A DNA stretch of 64,000 nucleotides from Tubiluchus corallicola (GCA_030141605.1 JAQGDQ010000034.1:930001-994000); one strand, 5' to 3'; counted from the stretch's first letter, positions 50,379 to 62,967 are shown. Notes: a model not told the origin generated them from the sequence alone. A program made the numbers and translations.

Positions 50379-50676
50379 GTAAGTAATCAGTTTATTTTGT
50401 TAGTTACTTATTTACATTGTTTGTCAATTATAAGGTAATTATACCTTTGATTAGTTTTCTTTTCTCATTGATAGGTCTGAAAAGCAAATTGCTTATTTGC
50501 TATTCTTGTTCTATGTAGGTTGCATGTAAGAATATGTAGCATCTTTAGTGCCACAACATTTGCATGAACAACTCCTGACATTTTTTCAACAGAAGTTTTA
50601 TTGTACTGTGAAATGCCACATGCCACTGTGTTTTTCTTAGTTTACAGACATTTTTGTGTGTTTGTTTCATTCAGCC

Positions 50677-51771
50677 ATGTGTTGTGATGGGGCAGCAGCT
50701 ACCATTGTCATATTGTGTGGAATTCCTGCTAGTGGTAAATCTTCTCTGTTAGAGAAGCTTGTTAAAGATTTCTCTGATGGCAAGCACACCATTATTGCGG
50801 TGCCATATGATAGTATTTTGCCACGAGAGCTGGAAGCAGCCATGGCAGACGTGCAGAAATTAGTGACTTCAGAACCTGTACAGAAAAGTGATAAAGACGA
50901 TGCTTTGATGACAAAAGAACATGCTTCGGTTGCAGCACGCATTGCAGGCAGTGAAAATATCACAGAAGCTTTTCCTGGAAACGAAGTCCCAACTTGGAAG
51001 GAATACAGAAGGACTATTCTCTATTGTGTTGACAACTTATTCTGCGATTTACTGAACCATGAAAGAAAACCTATAGAAACAAAAGCAGAAGTACTTGCAA
51101 AGTTTTCAGAGTTTGTCAAGATCCCGAGTGCAGATACTGCGGAAAAAGTGATAGTTGTGATAGACGATAACATGTATTTGCCCAGTATGCGTTACGAGTA
51201 TTATCAGTTAGCAAGAAGGCATTGTATCGGCTTTTGTGTGATTGGGGTTTCATGTTCTGCACAAGAAGCTTTTGCTAGGAATAGAAAGAGACAAGACTCC
51301 GTACCAGAAGATGTCATACTTAAAATGGCAGGGAAGATTTTGTTACCCGACCCATCAGTTCGCTCCTGGGAGAAGTTTAGTATGGTTGTGGATTCGAGTT
51401 GTTTTTCATTGTCTGCAATTTATGATCTGATTGAAAAAAGTTTTGAAAATCCTGTACCAGATCTTCCTGAAATTGACAAGGAAGCGGCTGATGTTGATAG
51501 GAATATTAACTTGACCAATTTACTGCACAATGCAGACAGAATACTGAGAAAATTTGTTTCAGAGCAACTTCGTAAAGCCAAAGCAGATGGCATGGAGAAA
51601 ACAGAACTGAAACTTCTGGCTCAGAAATCAAATGTCCGACGTCAGAAAGTTCTAGAACTAATGAGGCATAATGAAGTTGACATTCCAGCCTCGGTTAAAA
51701 GTGAACTGCTTGTTTTTGATAGTGATTTTGAGGAACTAACCTCATTTTTGAGGACTATTTTTCGTAGATAA
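50677..51771 (+). CDS. PSTK: L-seryl-tRNA(Sec) kinase (PSTK; KTI12/PSTK P-loop family), single coding exon, ~364 aa
   Basis: N-terminal P-loop LCGIPASGKS, VIDDNMYLPSMRYEYYQLAR, RNRKR lid, SWE, C-terminal LHNADRILRKFVS; acceptors at 50640, 50647, 50674 precede ATG 50677. Confidence 0.92.
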   Translation: MCCDGAAATIVILCGIPASGKSSLLEKLVKDFSDGKHTIIAVPYDSILPRELEAAMADVQKLVTSEPVQKSDKDDALMTKEHASVAARIAGSENITEAFPGNEVPTWKEYRRTILYCVDNLFCDLLNHERKPIETKAEVLAKFSEFVKIPSADTAEKVIVVIDDNMYLPSMRYEYYQLARRHCIGFCVIGVSCSAQEAFARNRKRQDSVPEDVILKMAGKILLPDPSVRSWEKFSMVVDSSCFSLSAIYDLIEKSFENPVPDLPEIDKEAADVDRNINLTNLLHNADRILRKFVSEQLRKAKADGMEKTELKLLAQKSNVRRQKVLELMRHNEVDIPASVKSELLVFDSDFEELTSFLRTIFRR

Positions 51772-52087
51772 AGAGTTACTTTTCTAACGTTTTTTTGTAT
51801 CATACGTTATTTTTAAAGTTTGTGATTAGAAGTCATATTTCATCAACAAAATTTTATAGTTTCTCAGATATCATAGATAGTGCTGAGTTTTCCACTGGTT
51901 TAGTAGAGTGATTTTATTTAATTGGTAATCATAAAATACTGACAAATGTTACTAATTTTTACTTTTGTCCATTTGCAAATTTATGGAAATGGTGGAAAGA
52001 AAAGTTATTTAAATTTGGTATAGATGTTCCTCTGACTTTAGATTTCAGTTTAGCTTTGGTACTACATGTATTTCACTGATCAGTGTC

Positions 52088-52683
52088 ATGGAGTTACAAT
52101 GTGCGTCTATTGGTGGCGCTTCTTTTCGCTATCTAAATGTGGACAAAACTGCTGAATACCTCATGCCTTTAACCGTTCCACAGGTATGAAAAACATGTTA
52201 CTTATAGTTAATCGTCCCTAGATCTTTGATTAAGCTTGTGTATTTTCTCACCAGATGGTGCAGTGAGTCAGGATCTTGTTAGAATCTTGACTCTCTTATC
52301 GAATTTGCTGCCAAGTTAATGTAAATAGTGTGAATCATTCTTTTATTGTAATGACTGGGCTTCTCTCTAGTTTCTTAAAGAATTTTGTGCATCTTTCAGG
52401 CGGATGCTGACGAGAGATATCTCTTCGTAGGCTGTGACATTTTGCTCGCGTTAAAGATTAATCCAGATCTACATCCACGATTTCATATCAAGTATGTAAA
52501 GAAGGGTGTTGCAACGAAAGTATTATTGCCCAGAGGTAAGATCTGGAAATGAATCAATAACTGCGACTTTAGTTCATCTGAACAAGGATAAGGCTTGAAC
52601 AAACTTGGCAACGGCTTCATGTTATGTTAGTCGGAAATGGGCTGAGAAGCCACTGCCATAGCATAGTTTTTTGCTGAACTAAG

Positions 52684-52732
<49 letters not shown>

Positions 52733-52793
52733 TAGATAGATAATATGTATATAAAATAATATAATATATAATGGGCAATGATATAATATATAT

Positions 52794-52866
<73 letters not shown>

Positions 52867-55800
52867 AATATCTTGATTTGCCATAAAATGATGATAGTAT
52901 ACATTATACTATGCAAAATATCATTCAATGATTGCCTGGGTTACACTGCTAATAGACAAATGCGTCTGGTGAAAAAAATTAAAACTACGAGTGCGGTAGG
53001 GGTGCATAAAAATACAACTAATAAAGTACGAAATTCTATAAGCTGCAGCAAAATACTCCTATGTAAAAAAAACTAAAGCACGCTTTTAGAAATTCATTCT
53101 CATATAAAATAATACATACCATAGAGGTATTATACATGTGTATCTTGGCATAAACACTAACCATCTTACTGTACAATTTAACATTTGAACAGTATAATAA
53201 TTTGTGTTTATATGAAAAACAATAGCCCATATATCGTGTATATACATTCTCAAGTGTTGTGTTTACCTGTCGTGATGGTAGGTTTCTTAATCTTGGAATA
53301 CTACCAGCCTAACGTCTGTAATAGATGTAAATAACGTCTGATGATGTGCTGGTAATCTGCTCTCGGGAATGCTTGCATGTTTCATTCAAGGTTGCGCCTG
53401 AATGGTTTTAAAGGCCCTATAAATAAATTGAAATGTAAAAAGGTTCCACGCTTGTTTCTGTTGTATTAGTTGTAAGTTCTTTGTGGTGCTTTGGTCTCAC
53501 CTTGAGTTCCAGATGGCTCGTTGGTGGTGAACAAAATTTTGTAAAAGTAATGTTGAAAATCAGCCATCTCGGACATTTGCATAATTAACCAATGTTTGCA
53601 CTTTTGTTACCTTGTTCATTGTGAAACTGATTTTAAACTTAGTCCAAATTTAGAGAATGTTGTGACAATTGTAACAACCATTTACCGATTGGTGTTTGAG
53701 ACAGAATTGAGTTTACCCTGCACCATATTACTAAAAACGATGTTATTAAGCTGTCTAATATATTTTATACAGTATAATGTACTTCGTGTTTTTAATTTAC
53801 ATAGCTTACAAAATTGTCAGTGAATTCGTTGATGATATGATGATGCTCGTGGATGCATAACCGGTACATTAAACTCTTGACTCTGGCTCCTAGAATTTTA
53901 GAAGATCCAACTCCGACTTCTAAAATTATAGAAACCCCAACTCCAACCTTTAAATAATAGTTTGTAGTACTTTCAATATTTAGCTACAGTGGCATTTTAT
54001 CACTACTTCTTATGCTCGAAAAATAGTCTAGCTGCACAGACACAAATACGAAAGCCTCCCAAAATATGACATTGTGCATAAATGCGTTAAGAGTTCAAAG
54101 TAACTGGCGTTTGAGTTTGTCTATTTTGTATCAACTCTAACATCGACTCTTCTAACAATAAGTGTACTCCCTAGTCTGGACTCTGACTCCAAAACTCTAA
54201 CTTTTAACAACTCCGACTCTGACTCTTTTAGCAGTAAGTTTACTGCAGACTTTGACTCTGCAGCGATGATAATTACTATCTCATTATGCCTATGTAAATG
54301 TTTGTTATTCCAGATTTGAAACTACGAGCTATGAAGAACACGAAGCAAGGTTTATGGTGTTACAGCATTCGTGGATTATTCCAGCTCCTGTTTGAACACG
54401 GAACGCAAGAAATGCAGCTAGCCTTACTCAACTCCTATTTGCTGGTAAGAGTGGTTTAAAAATGCATATTTTAAGAGCCTTTGCCTGCTAATCTCTTAAT
54501 TTTTTAAAACATGCAAGTTTCCAAAGAAATTATTGACCAATTTGGCTAAGCATTTAAACCTCTTTACATTCAATGTTTGTCAGACATTGTGCAGAGGCTT
54601 AAATGGTTAGCCAAATTGATCAACAGACACATCTGTGCCAAAGAAGCTACATACTAAGTAAAACCTACAAGTATTCTGCCTAATTTTGTAAAAAATTTCA
54701 AAGTTTATGTTTGCCATATCGTCTGTTTTAGTTATTCCCAGCCATTTGGCTTTCACTAAAAATATAATTGTAATTGTTGTACGAGTTTGATATGTTATTC
54801 ATTGGTAAAGCCACACATTAACTTGTCAGATATTACAAGATCACATTACTTGCATTATTAAGTTATTTTTGGATGCCAGACAAATCTATATTTGAAGCAG
54901 TGGCTCCAGTTTTAAGACTGCATAGTTTCGTGGGCGAGTTAAAGTGGGTATGTCGAATACTAAAATGATTGACGGCATTTGCAAATTAAAAACTTGAGTT
55001 TATAGAAAAAATGACTTTGTATCTATCTTTGAAACAATTCTTTAGTATACACTGTTGAAAAAAACAGATTTTTCAAGCATACCACAATAAATGTTTACAA
55101 AATGATTGTACAGTCAACCTCAGATATAACGGACACCTCCGGACCGGAAAAAATCGTCCCTTGTATCCGATGTCCCTTACAGCCGAAGTTGAGTCAGACC
55201 GACTGTGTATCTAGACCTGTGAGCTCTATATACCTCATCCGGTAGCTTAATATCCAATAAACCATTTGTCGCAATGTATGTAATATACCGATTTAATTCA
55301 AACACACCCAATCGTCTTGAACTGAACACAAAATCAAACTCACCCGACGCGGGGTCTCGGCATAGGCTTTCTTTTTAGGATGTAAAAAATATTTGATCAG
55401 AGGGTCCCTTATATGTGAGGTAATTTACCTGGGTTTCTATTACGCGGGACCTGAAGAGATCGTCCCTTGTAACCGAAAGTCCCTTATACCCGAGGTTGAC
55501 TGTATTACAGATCAATTAACAGAGACTACAGTACAAAGTCAAGTTTTGGATGTGATATCAAACAATGCCGTCAAGATTTGCTTACTTTCGCGGCGATATT
55601 GTACGTATTTGGAAACATGCCTAAAACCCTCTCCTCTCATTTCAAAAGTTGTAACGGAATTTTTTCAATATTACAACAACCTGTTTTGTATCAAAAACTT
55701 TGTATAAAATGAAATTTTCGCCGTTTATTTATTTAAATGTTACCAACCGAATAACTTCTCTTTTTAGGAAAAGTGGAAAACTAGTTGTTGTGAAGCTCCA

Positions 55801-56748
55801 CTCAAATCCGAGACGCGGGTGTTTATACAGCATGACAGCACTGAATGGGTGTTACAGCTTTCAGAGGTTGAAGTTGTGACAGAAGCCACACCCGCCAGGA
55901 GCCATCCTTGTACATCAGCTGAGAAAACTAGTGAAATCCAGGAAACTATAGATCATAGTAACTGCGTACCAGCATTTCTTGAAGAATTTAACATCTTGCT
56001 TCAGCAAACTTGTGCTTGCATGAAACATCATGTTGTCGTCAGAAACTTGAGCACGATGTTAAATGCGTCTGTTGTGGTTTTGCAGTTTTTCTGCGAAACT
56101 TTTGATCGGCTTTCCCAAGCAGTAAATGACAGCACGATTTTGGAAAAATACGAAACTGGTTTTGGCTTGGCTGCAATGGATCATTTGTTTCTGACACTGA
56201 TTTGCGACTGGTTGGGTCTGGTGTTTCACAGAATGGAGGATTCCGTGCAGCAGAAGGTTAACGAGTTTAAAGCCGAGCACATTCACTGCATCGACGACCT
56301 GCCACCTTCGGACGAAATTGTTCGTCGCCTCTTTCCGTTACCCATGTCGGTTTTACTGTCAAATTGGATTGGCCTGTCAAAATCTGACGGTACTGTAGTA
56401 AATCCATGTACAATTTTTCAACAAACTAATTTTTGCACCAGTACAGTCAGTTCCGAACATGTTATGCATTCTCAGACAACACCATGTGAAGCGACAGAAT
56501 CTGACACTATGCCCAAATCTTCTAAGGAAATTGAAAAACAAAATACTGTATCTCAAAACGTTGGCGAGAAACATCATATTCAGCCTGAACATTATTATTC
56601 AAGTGATAACCCTGGACAGCTGTCCAAGCGAGCAAAAACTAATGAAACTGACAAAATGCCATTTGTGCAAATTATTTTGGAGTTTTTAAACAACTCGCTC
56701 ATATCTGGCGTAGCTCATGTCGTGTACACTCGTTTGCTATTCTCCTGA
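52088..56748 (+). CDS. Uncharacterised protein, 4 coding exons, ~447 aa
   Basis: Exons 52088-52183, 52400-52535, 54314-54444, 55768-56748 with GT-AG sites and matching phases (0,1,0). Globular-looking blocks ICDWLG, EFKAEHIHCIDDLPP, LFPLPMSVLLSNWIG, PFVQIILEFLNNSLISGVAHVVYTRL. No family recognised. Confidence 0.85.
52686..52866. repeat. (TA)n and (CA)n microsatellites
   Basis: (TA)n ~52689-52731 and (CA)n ~52799-52856. Confidence 0.97.
53872..54268. mobile_element. Decayed MITE with GACTCC subterminal repeats (hAT-like)
   Basis: Many GACTCT/GACTCC/CTCCGACT hexamers ending GACTCTGCAGCGATG; no left TIR found. Confidence 0.45.
55111..55502. mobile_element. pogo/Tigger-type MITE with TA TSD
   Basis: TA|CAGTCAACCTCAGATATAACGGAC...GTCCCTTATACCCGAGGTTGACTG|TA; same family as 10042-10324. 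Confidence 0.9.
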
Positions 56749-57878
56749 TCAAGCTAGTTCAGCTTTTCGATTCGGTTGCCACCAAGTGCATTAGAATTGC
56801 TTTGTTTTGTATTAGATGCAAGTCTCCGAAATACTTTCTTAATGTTATGACGCCATAAATTTATGTTCATATTCAAGGTAATGTAGCATCACACCACAGT
56901 GATGCCAAAGTCTATGCCTTCGAACGTAACCAGTCGTCGGCAAATGTTTGGCAACACTGATGGATATTTGGTGAAAAATGTATATATCATAGTATCAATT
57001 AGTTGTTAGTACAATGGCAGCAACTCGTATACGTTAGCACAAGCATATACACTAGACTACAAAATTTTTTGTATGTTTGGTTTTGTTTTGTGGGCAGTTG
57101 ACCAGAAATTTGTAAAATAAACATAAGTATATAAATAACATAAATAAGCATAAATAAACCTAATTATAAGTATTACTGCCACTATGATTTTATTTTTTAT
57201 TACATAATTCATATATTTTAATATGTGCAAACAAAAGAACATTAAATAAGAGTATTTAGGAAATATAATAATAATTAATAATAAGCAAAACTAGTCTGTA
57301 GAATTATTATCTACATTTGTGCACAGCCTAATAATTTAACGTGCACAATTTAACCTTTCTCTATAACTATAAAAAAACACAACTAAGGAAGTAATAATGT
57401 ATAAGTGGACAATAGACGCCATAAAATTATTAATTGTGTCATTTACTGTACATGATTTGCCATACAGCTTTATGATTAATTGAAACTGTCATCTTAATAT
57501 GGCATCTTCACTTCTCCACTGACACTGTTCAAATTTAAATCAAAATTACACTAACAGTAGTTTATAACTAGCTAATCCAACTGAATCATCTTTTTGCTTG
57601 CCATTTTAAGTAGTGCTTTAACTAAATGCAAAGCACAAACAGTGAAAAACACACTTTTTTGTTCACCGTAAAACTAGTTATGTTTTGAAAGTGAAGCACA
57701 ATTGCCAGATTGTTCACATTTCGAAATTTGCAGCATTGCATTAAATATTTTAATTACAACTTTACAAACACGCAATTTAAACAGATTGCATAAATTAAAA
57801 TATAATAAGAGTGTATACAGAAAAACTTAATAGGCACAATTCATGGTAAAAATCAATGTTTTTAGAAGACTATATTAA

Positions 57879-58453
57879 CCCTTTCACTACGTAGTTGCTT
57901 TTTAACCGGGCCACATTGACATTTGCACATTTGACAATAACGTCTTGTGGTACGTTACTAAAACTGAATATTATAAATAAACAAATAGTTGTTCGTTAAT
58001 ATATAAACAAGTACTAATATTAAATATTAGTTTTATTTCTACATACGTATACGAGTGCACATACACTCACTCATGCACGCACGTGCACACCCTCATATTA
58101 AGAAGCCAGTTTTCACAAAAGACCCAATACTAATCCATAACATGTAATCATTTTATAAGAATGCAGAGCAATCAACTAAACATATGCTTCGTCAACAATT
58201 TTGCATGGGAAAATAACATACAGTACAGTATTGTGGAATGTAACTGGCCTCAAATGCTAATAGTGTTGCTTGTTGCAAAGCAACCCCAATCCCGTGACTG
58301 TTAAACTTTTCTACAATGTTTTGTATGGCTGTAGCAGTGAAATAAACAGACCTGGGTGACTGCGCTTAGTGCTGAGCTTAGCATCAGTCTCCTGCCTTCC
58401 GTCCTTACAAGAAAAACATAGGCGGCAGTGGTCCACCTTCCATAGTGAAAGGG
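57879..58453. mobile_element. Non-autonomous piggyBac-type element
   Basis: TTAA|CCCTTTCACTA...TAGTGAAAGGG|TTAA: perfect 11-bp TIR with CCC/GGG ends and TTAA TSD; no transposase ORF. Confidence 0.9.
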
Positions 58454-58688
58454 TTAATTGTTGGTCCACTGAAAATACTAAGTAGCATTACTGAACAAAT
58501 TAGTAGCGCCTGGTATGCATTTGGCCATTATAAGATTTTGTATTTCATAAGTATGCAACACCAACACACTATGACTAGCGACAATGATTATAATACAAAA
58601 CAAACATTTTAAACTGATCTACTACACATACTAATATTACAATAAACACAGGTTACTAAACTTATTTCTATGTTTGCATACACCGCTC

Positions 58689-61064
58689 TTAGAAATTACA
58701 AGTGAATCTGCTACTTCTGCGTGCTTTGGTTTTAGTATTTTCAGTTTTTCTGGAATTTTTAGCGCAGTTTTTTGCCACCGGGATGAAATCATTGTTGTCA
58801 GATTCTTCTATGATATCAGACAAGTTGCTCTCAGATTCTGAAGCATCCATAATCAAGTTGCTCTGCAAAGCAAAAGATTTTTGTATTTCTATTATGAAAA
58901 CATTTATTAATTATAGGAAACTGTTCTTGTCACAGGTCATATACCAAGTTGGTTTCGTTACTGGAAATCTAATTAGACGTACATCTCCTCACTGACCTTA
59001 ACCTTAACTTGTTAAATCAAAATTAAATTGTTATTAATATTAGTACCTATTTTTGATAAATCTTGCAAATTACTAGCTGGAACCAGAAATCCAGCATTTA
59101 ACACAGAATCTAGTACTGGAGTTGAGTGGTTTCCTTTGTTATGGAGATGAAGTCTAGCTCATTATTAAGTATAATCCTCTAAATGGGGCAAATAAACTGG
59201 CAGACATGTTTTGGCAATGTTTAACTGCGTAGACATTCTCCTTCAGCAATGTAGTTGAAACAACAGGCTACATGCATCTAAATACTAAGAGGTATCTTTC
59301 TAGAGTGCAAAAAATTTAACAAATGGACCTTAACATTTTAATCCTTGATTTCTCCATTCTTCGTTCATTGCATTTCTGCAACTTTTAATGTCCTCTGATA
59401 CATCATAGTGGCCAAGTTTAGAACTAATTTTTGAAGAGACTTTATAACAAATCTTTATAGTACACGTGCTCAGAACTCACCACGACTGTGTTCAAGTATT
59501 GTCATGCCACGTGATCAGTCACATGCTGGCTTTTCAATTGGCGGAATAAATGAAACATGTCTACGCCAACGTTTACTGCAGCGGTTGAAATATTTTACAA
59601 AAATTGAAGTAAACGTGAGTACTTTACTCGCTTAAGATTATACTTAGGTGATATAATTTTTTATTGCGAATTTTCTGAGGCTTAATTTGCTCGGTCATTT
59701 TCTTGTCTTTTAAAGGCTTGCTGAATAGTACACATTTAACCTTTCTAATTTTTCGTGATATATATATAGTCTCTTCAAAAATATATATATTATGTCATAT
59801 ATATATATATATATATATATATATGACATAATATATATATTTTTGAAGAGACTTTTTACTATAAAGAAAATGTTAGTTACAAACGTGCAGACAGGCAAAC
59901 AGCACTGAATATGGATCCCGTGGCTGATGAAAGCATGGTTAACAATAACCAAACAGTCCAAACAAATGATTTGTATCAGATTACTGTGATTTTTGTATTG
60001 TGGTAAAGTTCCTAAAACAAAGATGAAGGCTCTCGTGCCTCTAGCAGTCGGTTAGTGAACTAAAGAAGGCGCTGGAATCACATAAAGCCATTTGCTACAT
60101 TACAGCATATTTTTCATTCCCTGAAGTTATAAACTGATATTTACACTGGGTGATTAAAAAAATAGCAAATTTTAATTCTTAAGACTACCTTGTATTATTT
60201 GTTAACCGCTAAATTATAGGCATCGTTATAAATGGGGCAGTATCTAAAACGTGTATTTTAGATTACATAGTCAAATAAACTACACCATGTAGACAAATAT
60301 ACGCAGCGTATCGGCTTATTAAAGAAAAGTCATTGCTGTTAACTTACTCTAGCAAAGTTTTTGTAAAACGTTTTCGGCAGGCCCGGAACATGCTTCAGGT
60401 CTTCGACTTTGCCGTAATTTCCCTTGAAATGCCGGTATTCGTGGATCATTGTGGCTCGTTTCTGTCCCAGTGTAGGTAATGTGCTCAGCATTTTCACCGA
60501 TCCAGTGTTCATCATGCGGAGAATCGTTTGCTTGCGTTTCTCTTGAAAGCTTGTTCCCAGGCAACGCTTTTCCATGCGTTTTTCTTTAAAAAATGCCAGT
60601 GTTTTAATATTAAAATTCTTTTGATTGATTACTGCTTCAATATAAGCTTATAAAAATGCATTTACAAAATATTTATAATGACTAAAATTGCATTAAAAAA
60701 TATTGAAATTGCTTTACACAAGGAGATATTTAAAACTGTTTACAACATAAAAAATTATCTTAAAAATTCACATCTGAATTCGCAATAGTGCAAAAAATTA
60801 TTTCCAGGATATTGGAATATTTAAACTTGATTATACATGGGCTCAGAGCCTCATTCTTTCATTTGTTAAAGATGTTTTAAATGACTCAACCAGAAGTGAC
60901 TTTTCCTTTTAAAATCTAACTCAATATCGTATATGTTAATATTGTAAGTTAATGGCAAATTTTATTTGTGTAAAGTATGAGTTTTTTAACTACTAACTGA
61001 CATTGTTTATTCATTTACACAGGAAACTAAATTAATGTATTGTATTTACAATAGTTTGAAATAA

Positions 61065-61108
<44 letters not shown>

Positions 61109-62941
61109 TTGTGTATGCTTTTTGGGCTTTCAAATCAGGAACAACACTTATACATGTTATATTGAACAATAACCGCACCATGTTTTTTAAGGACATCAAT
61201 GTAACATCACGTGTCAGGTGTTCTTTCAGCAAGATAGTAACTATCACAAATTTGCTGTTTTACATTTGTCGGACGTCACCAAAAACACGTGGAATATTTA
61301 CGAATTTGTTACACTTTGTAAGAAGCTCCGGCGCCATTTTGTTGGCTAAATTATTAAACGCTTGTTTATTTAATGCTACAATGAAAGAGAAATTTAACAT
61401 TCACCTGGCTTACGTCGGTTTCTTGCCTGCTGCTTTTCAACTTGGATATTTGCGTCCAACTGTGTTAGTATCATAGACCTTCTAGGCCTCAAATTCCACC
61501 TAAGGATAACATTAATTTTAGCTATAAATGCTTACCTATGAACAAATAAAAGAAATTTGATGTTTCCGAAAAACTACAAGCATACTGTAGTACAAACAAA
61601 ACTCAGACACTCCGGATGATAGATACAGACTTATGCTTAGTGACGACCTTGACTGCCGAGCTTAACCTCTGATACTTATATTTATATCCATGTTTAAGGT
61701 AGGGGACATGCGACCCCTATGACAAACAGGAGCATCAGCAATATTAATGACAAACATACGCGCATTTACCTTAAGCTTAACATATGAACTTTTACCTCCA
61801 TCGTCATTCAGGACAGATTTCAAACTTTAAATTGAATTTCTCTCGGCGATTCTGTCAGTGAATGTTCTCTCGACGCAAAGCCTGTAGCAGCCAGCTTTTT
61901 GCTGAATTAAAGCAGAGTACAATGGATGACGTCACTACAATGCCTTTGCGTCAGCAGTTTTCTAAGCGAAAATTGCCGAAAATAGAACGTAATTAACTCG
62001 TTGATACTCCTCTCGGTGGACCTGCCCTAAAATATAGCCCACATCATCGTGTAGCCACGTTCTTCCTCTTTCTGATGAGCCGTATATCTCCTTCCGAGAG
62101 TCCTACCAGCACCGCTAGAACGTTTTTTCCGCATGCTGTTTGGTCAAAATTTCGAAAAAATCGCCACTTGGGTCCGTGAAAACGCCCATTACAGGACCCT
62201 GTGGCCCTGTCGCGAATTCTAAATATGCCTACTACACCCACCGCTGAACGGGCTATCTATCCATACCCAGCACCACCCTCGGCCCATTCCCATTCTCTAC
62301 ATCTCAGCCGTATAACTTTTGCAAAAATCGGCCAAAAAAATGGCCATTTTTGGAGGTTTTTCGCCTCCCCTTCCTCCAGGTGGGCCCGATTCGAAAAATA
62401 AAACATCAATGAGATGACACTAGATCGAGACCCTTCATTTGATATATAGATCGCCGCAAATGGTCACTCAAGGTAAGTACTACAGTAAAAAAGCAAATAC
62501 AAGTCCAGAAAAACTGAATTCCTATAAGTAATTTAATAGTAGAGACAGCGTTAACTTTTTCAGGCCCCTGGGCTAGGTTAACAGTGCCACCCTCTCACCA
62601 GTCTTGAAATTCATTACTTGTGATATATTTTAGTGTTCAGCCCCGAAACATTTTCTCAACAAATTTACGCGATTTACAAAAATGGCACTACTAGTCTTCC
62701 TAAAACTCGGAATTGCGCGTATCTGCGGAAAATTCTCATCCCTACTTACCGCTTGGCTGTGGCATTTTCACCATCAGTTGCAGCAACAGATGATTTTCTT
62801 TTTCTCTTTTTACATGGCTCAGTAAAACTGTTCTCATTCGTGCTAACATCAGCGTCAGTGCCGAGCGTGTCATCTGCACTAATTCGAGTATTTTTCAGAT
62901 CAACAGTGTTGGATACCAGCTTCAGACTTCCATTGATGCCG
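58689..62941 (-). CDS. KIF22: 3' part of a KIF22/Kid-like chromokinesin (C-terminal helix-hairpin-helix); motor exons lie beyond the right edge
   Basis: Exons 62941-62750, 61499-61405, 60583-60348, 58862-58689 splice in frame. ILRMMNTGSVKMLSTLPTLGQKRATMIHEYRHFKGNYGKVEDLKHVPGL...NLI resembles the KIF22 HhH domain; basic NLS-like KKRKRK. Motor domain not visible. Confidence 0.72.
61885..62470. mobile_element. Second copy of the DINE-1/HINE-like repeat
   Basis: Colinear with 18655-19240 (AGAGTACAATGGATGACGTCA, GGTGGACCTGCCCTAAAATATAGCCCACA, GATTCGAAAAATAAAAC); 3' truncated. Confidence 0.75.
62650..62744. mobile_element. Terminal fragment of the hAT-type MITE
   Basis: AATTTACGCGATTTACAAAAATGGCAC...AAAATTCTCATCCCTA matches the right ends of 13307-13821 and 22810-23316. 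Confidence 0.85.
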
Positions 62942-62967
62942 CTGAAATAAAATGTTTGCGTGCACGT

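Noticed and set aside
52617-53076. ORFs with CVCV, HTHT, IYIY runs
   Set aside because: Translations of dinucleotide microsatellites.
56746-56910. C-terminal selenocysteine in the unknown gene (TGA TCA AGC TAG) with a SECIS
   Set aside because: ATGA at ~56847 lacks the expected spacing to an apical AA and a paired stem by eye; no redox-type Cys context.
61376-61404. 29-nt micro-intron in the KIF22-like gene
   Set aside because: Leads to a stop after ~38 codons, before the HhH exon; 61405->60583 keeps the frame.
61770-61881. Extra KIF22-like exon bounded by CAG and AAG|GTAAAT
   Set aside because: Stop codons in all three frames; flanking exons join in frame without it.
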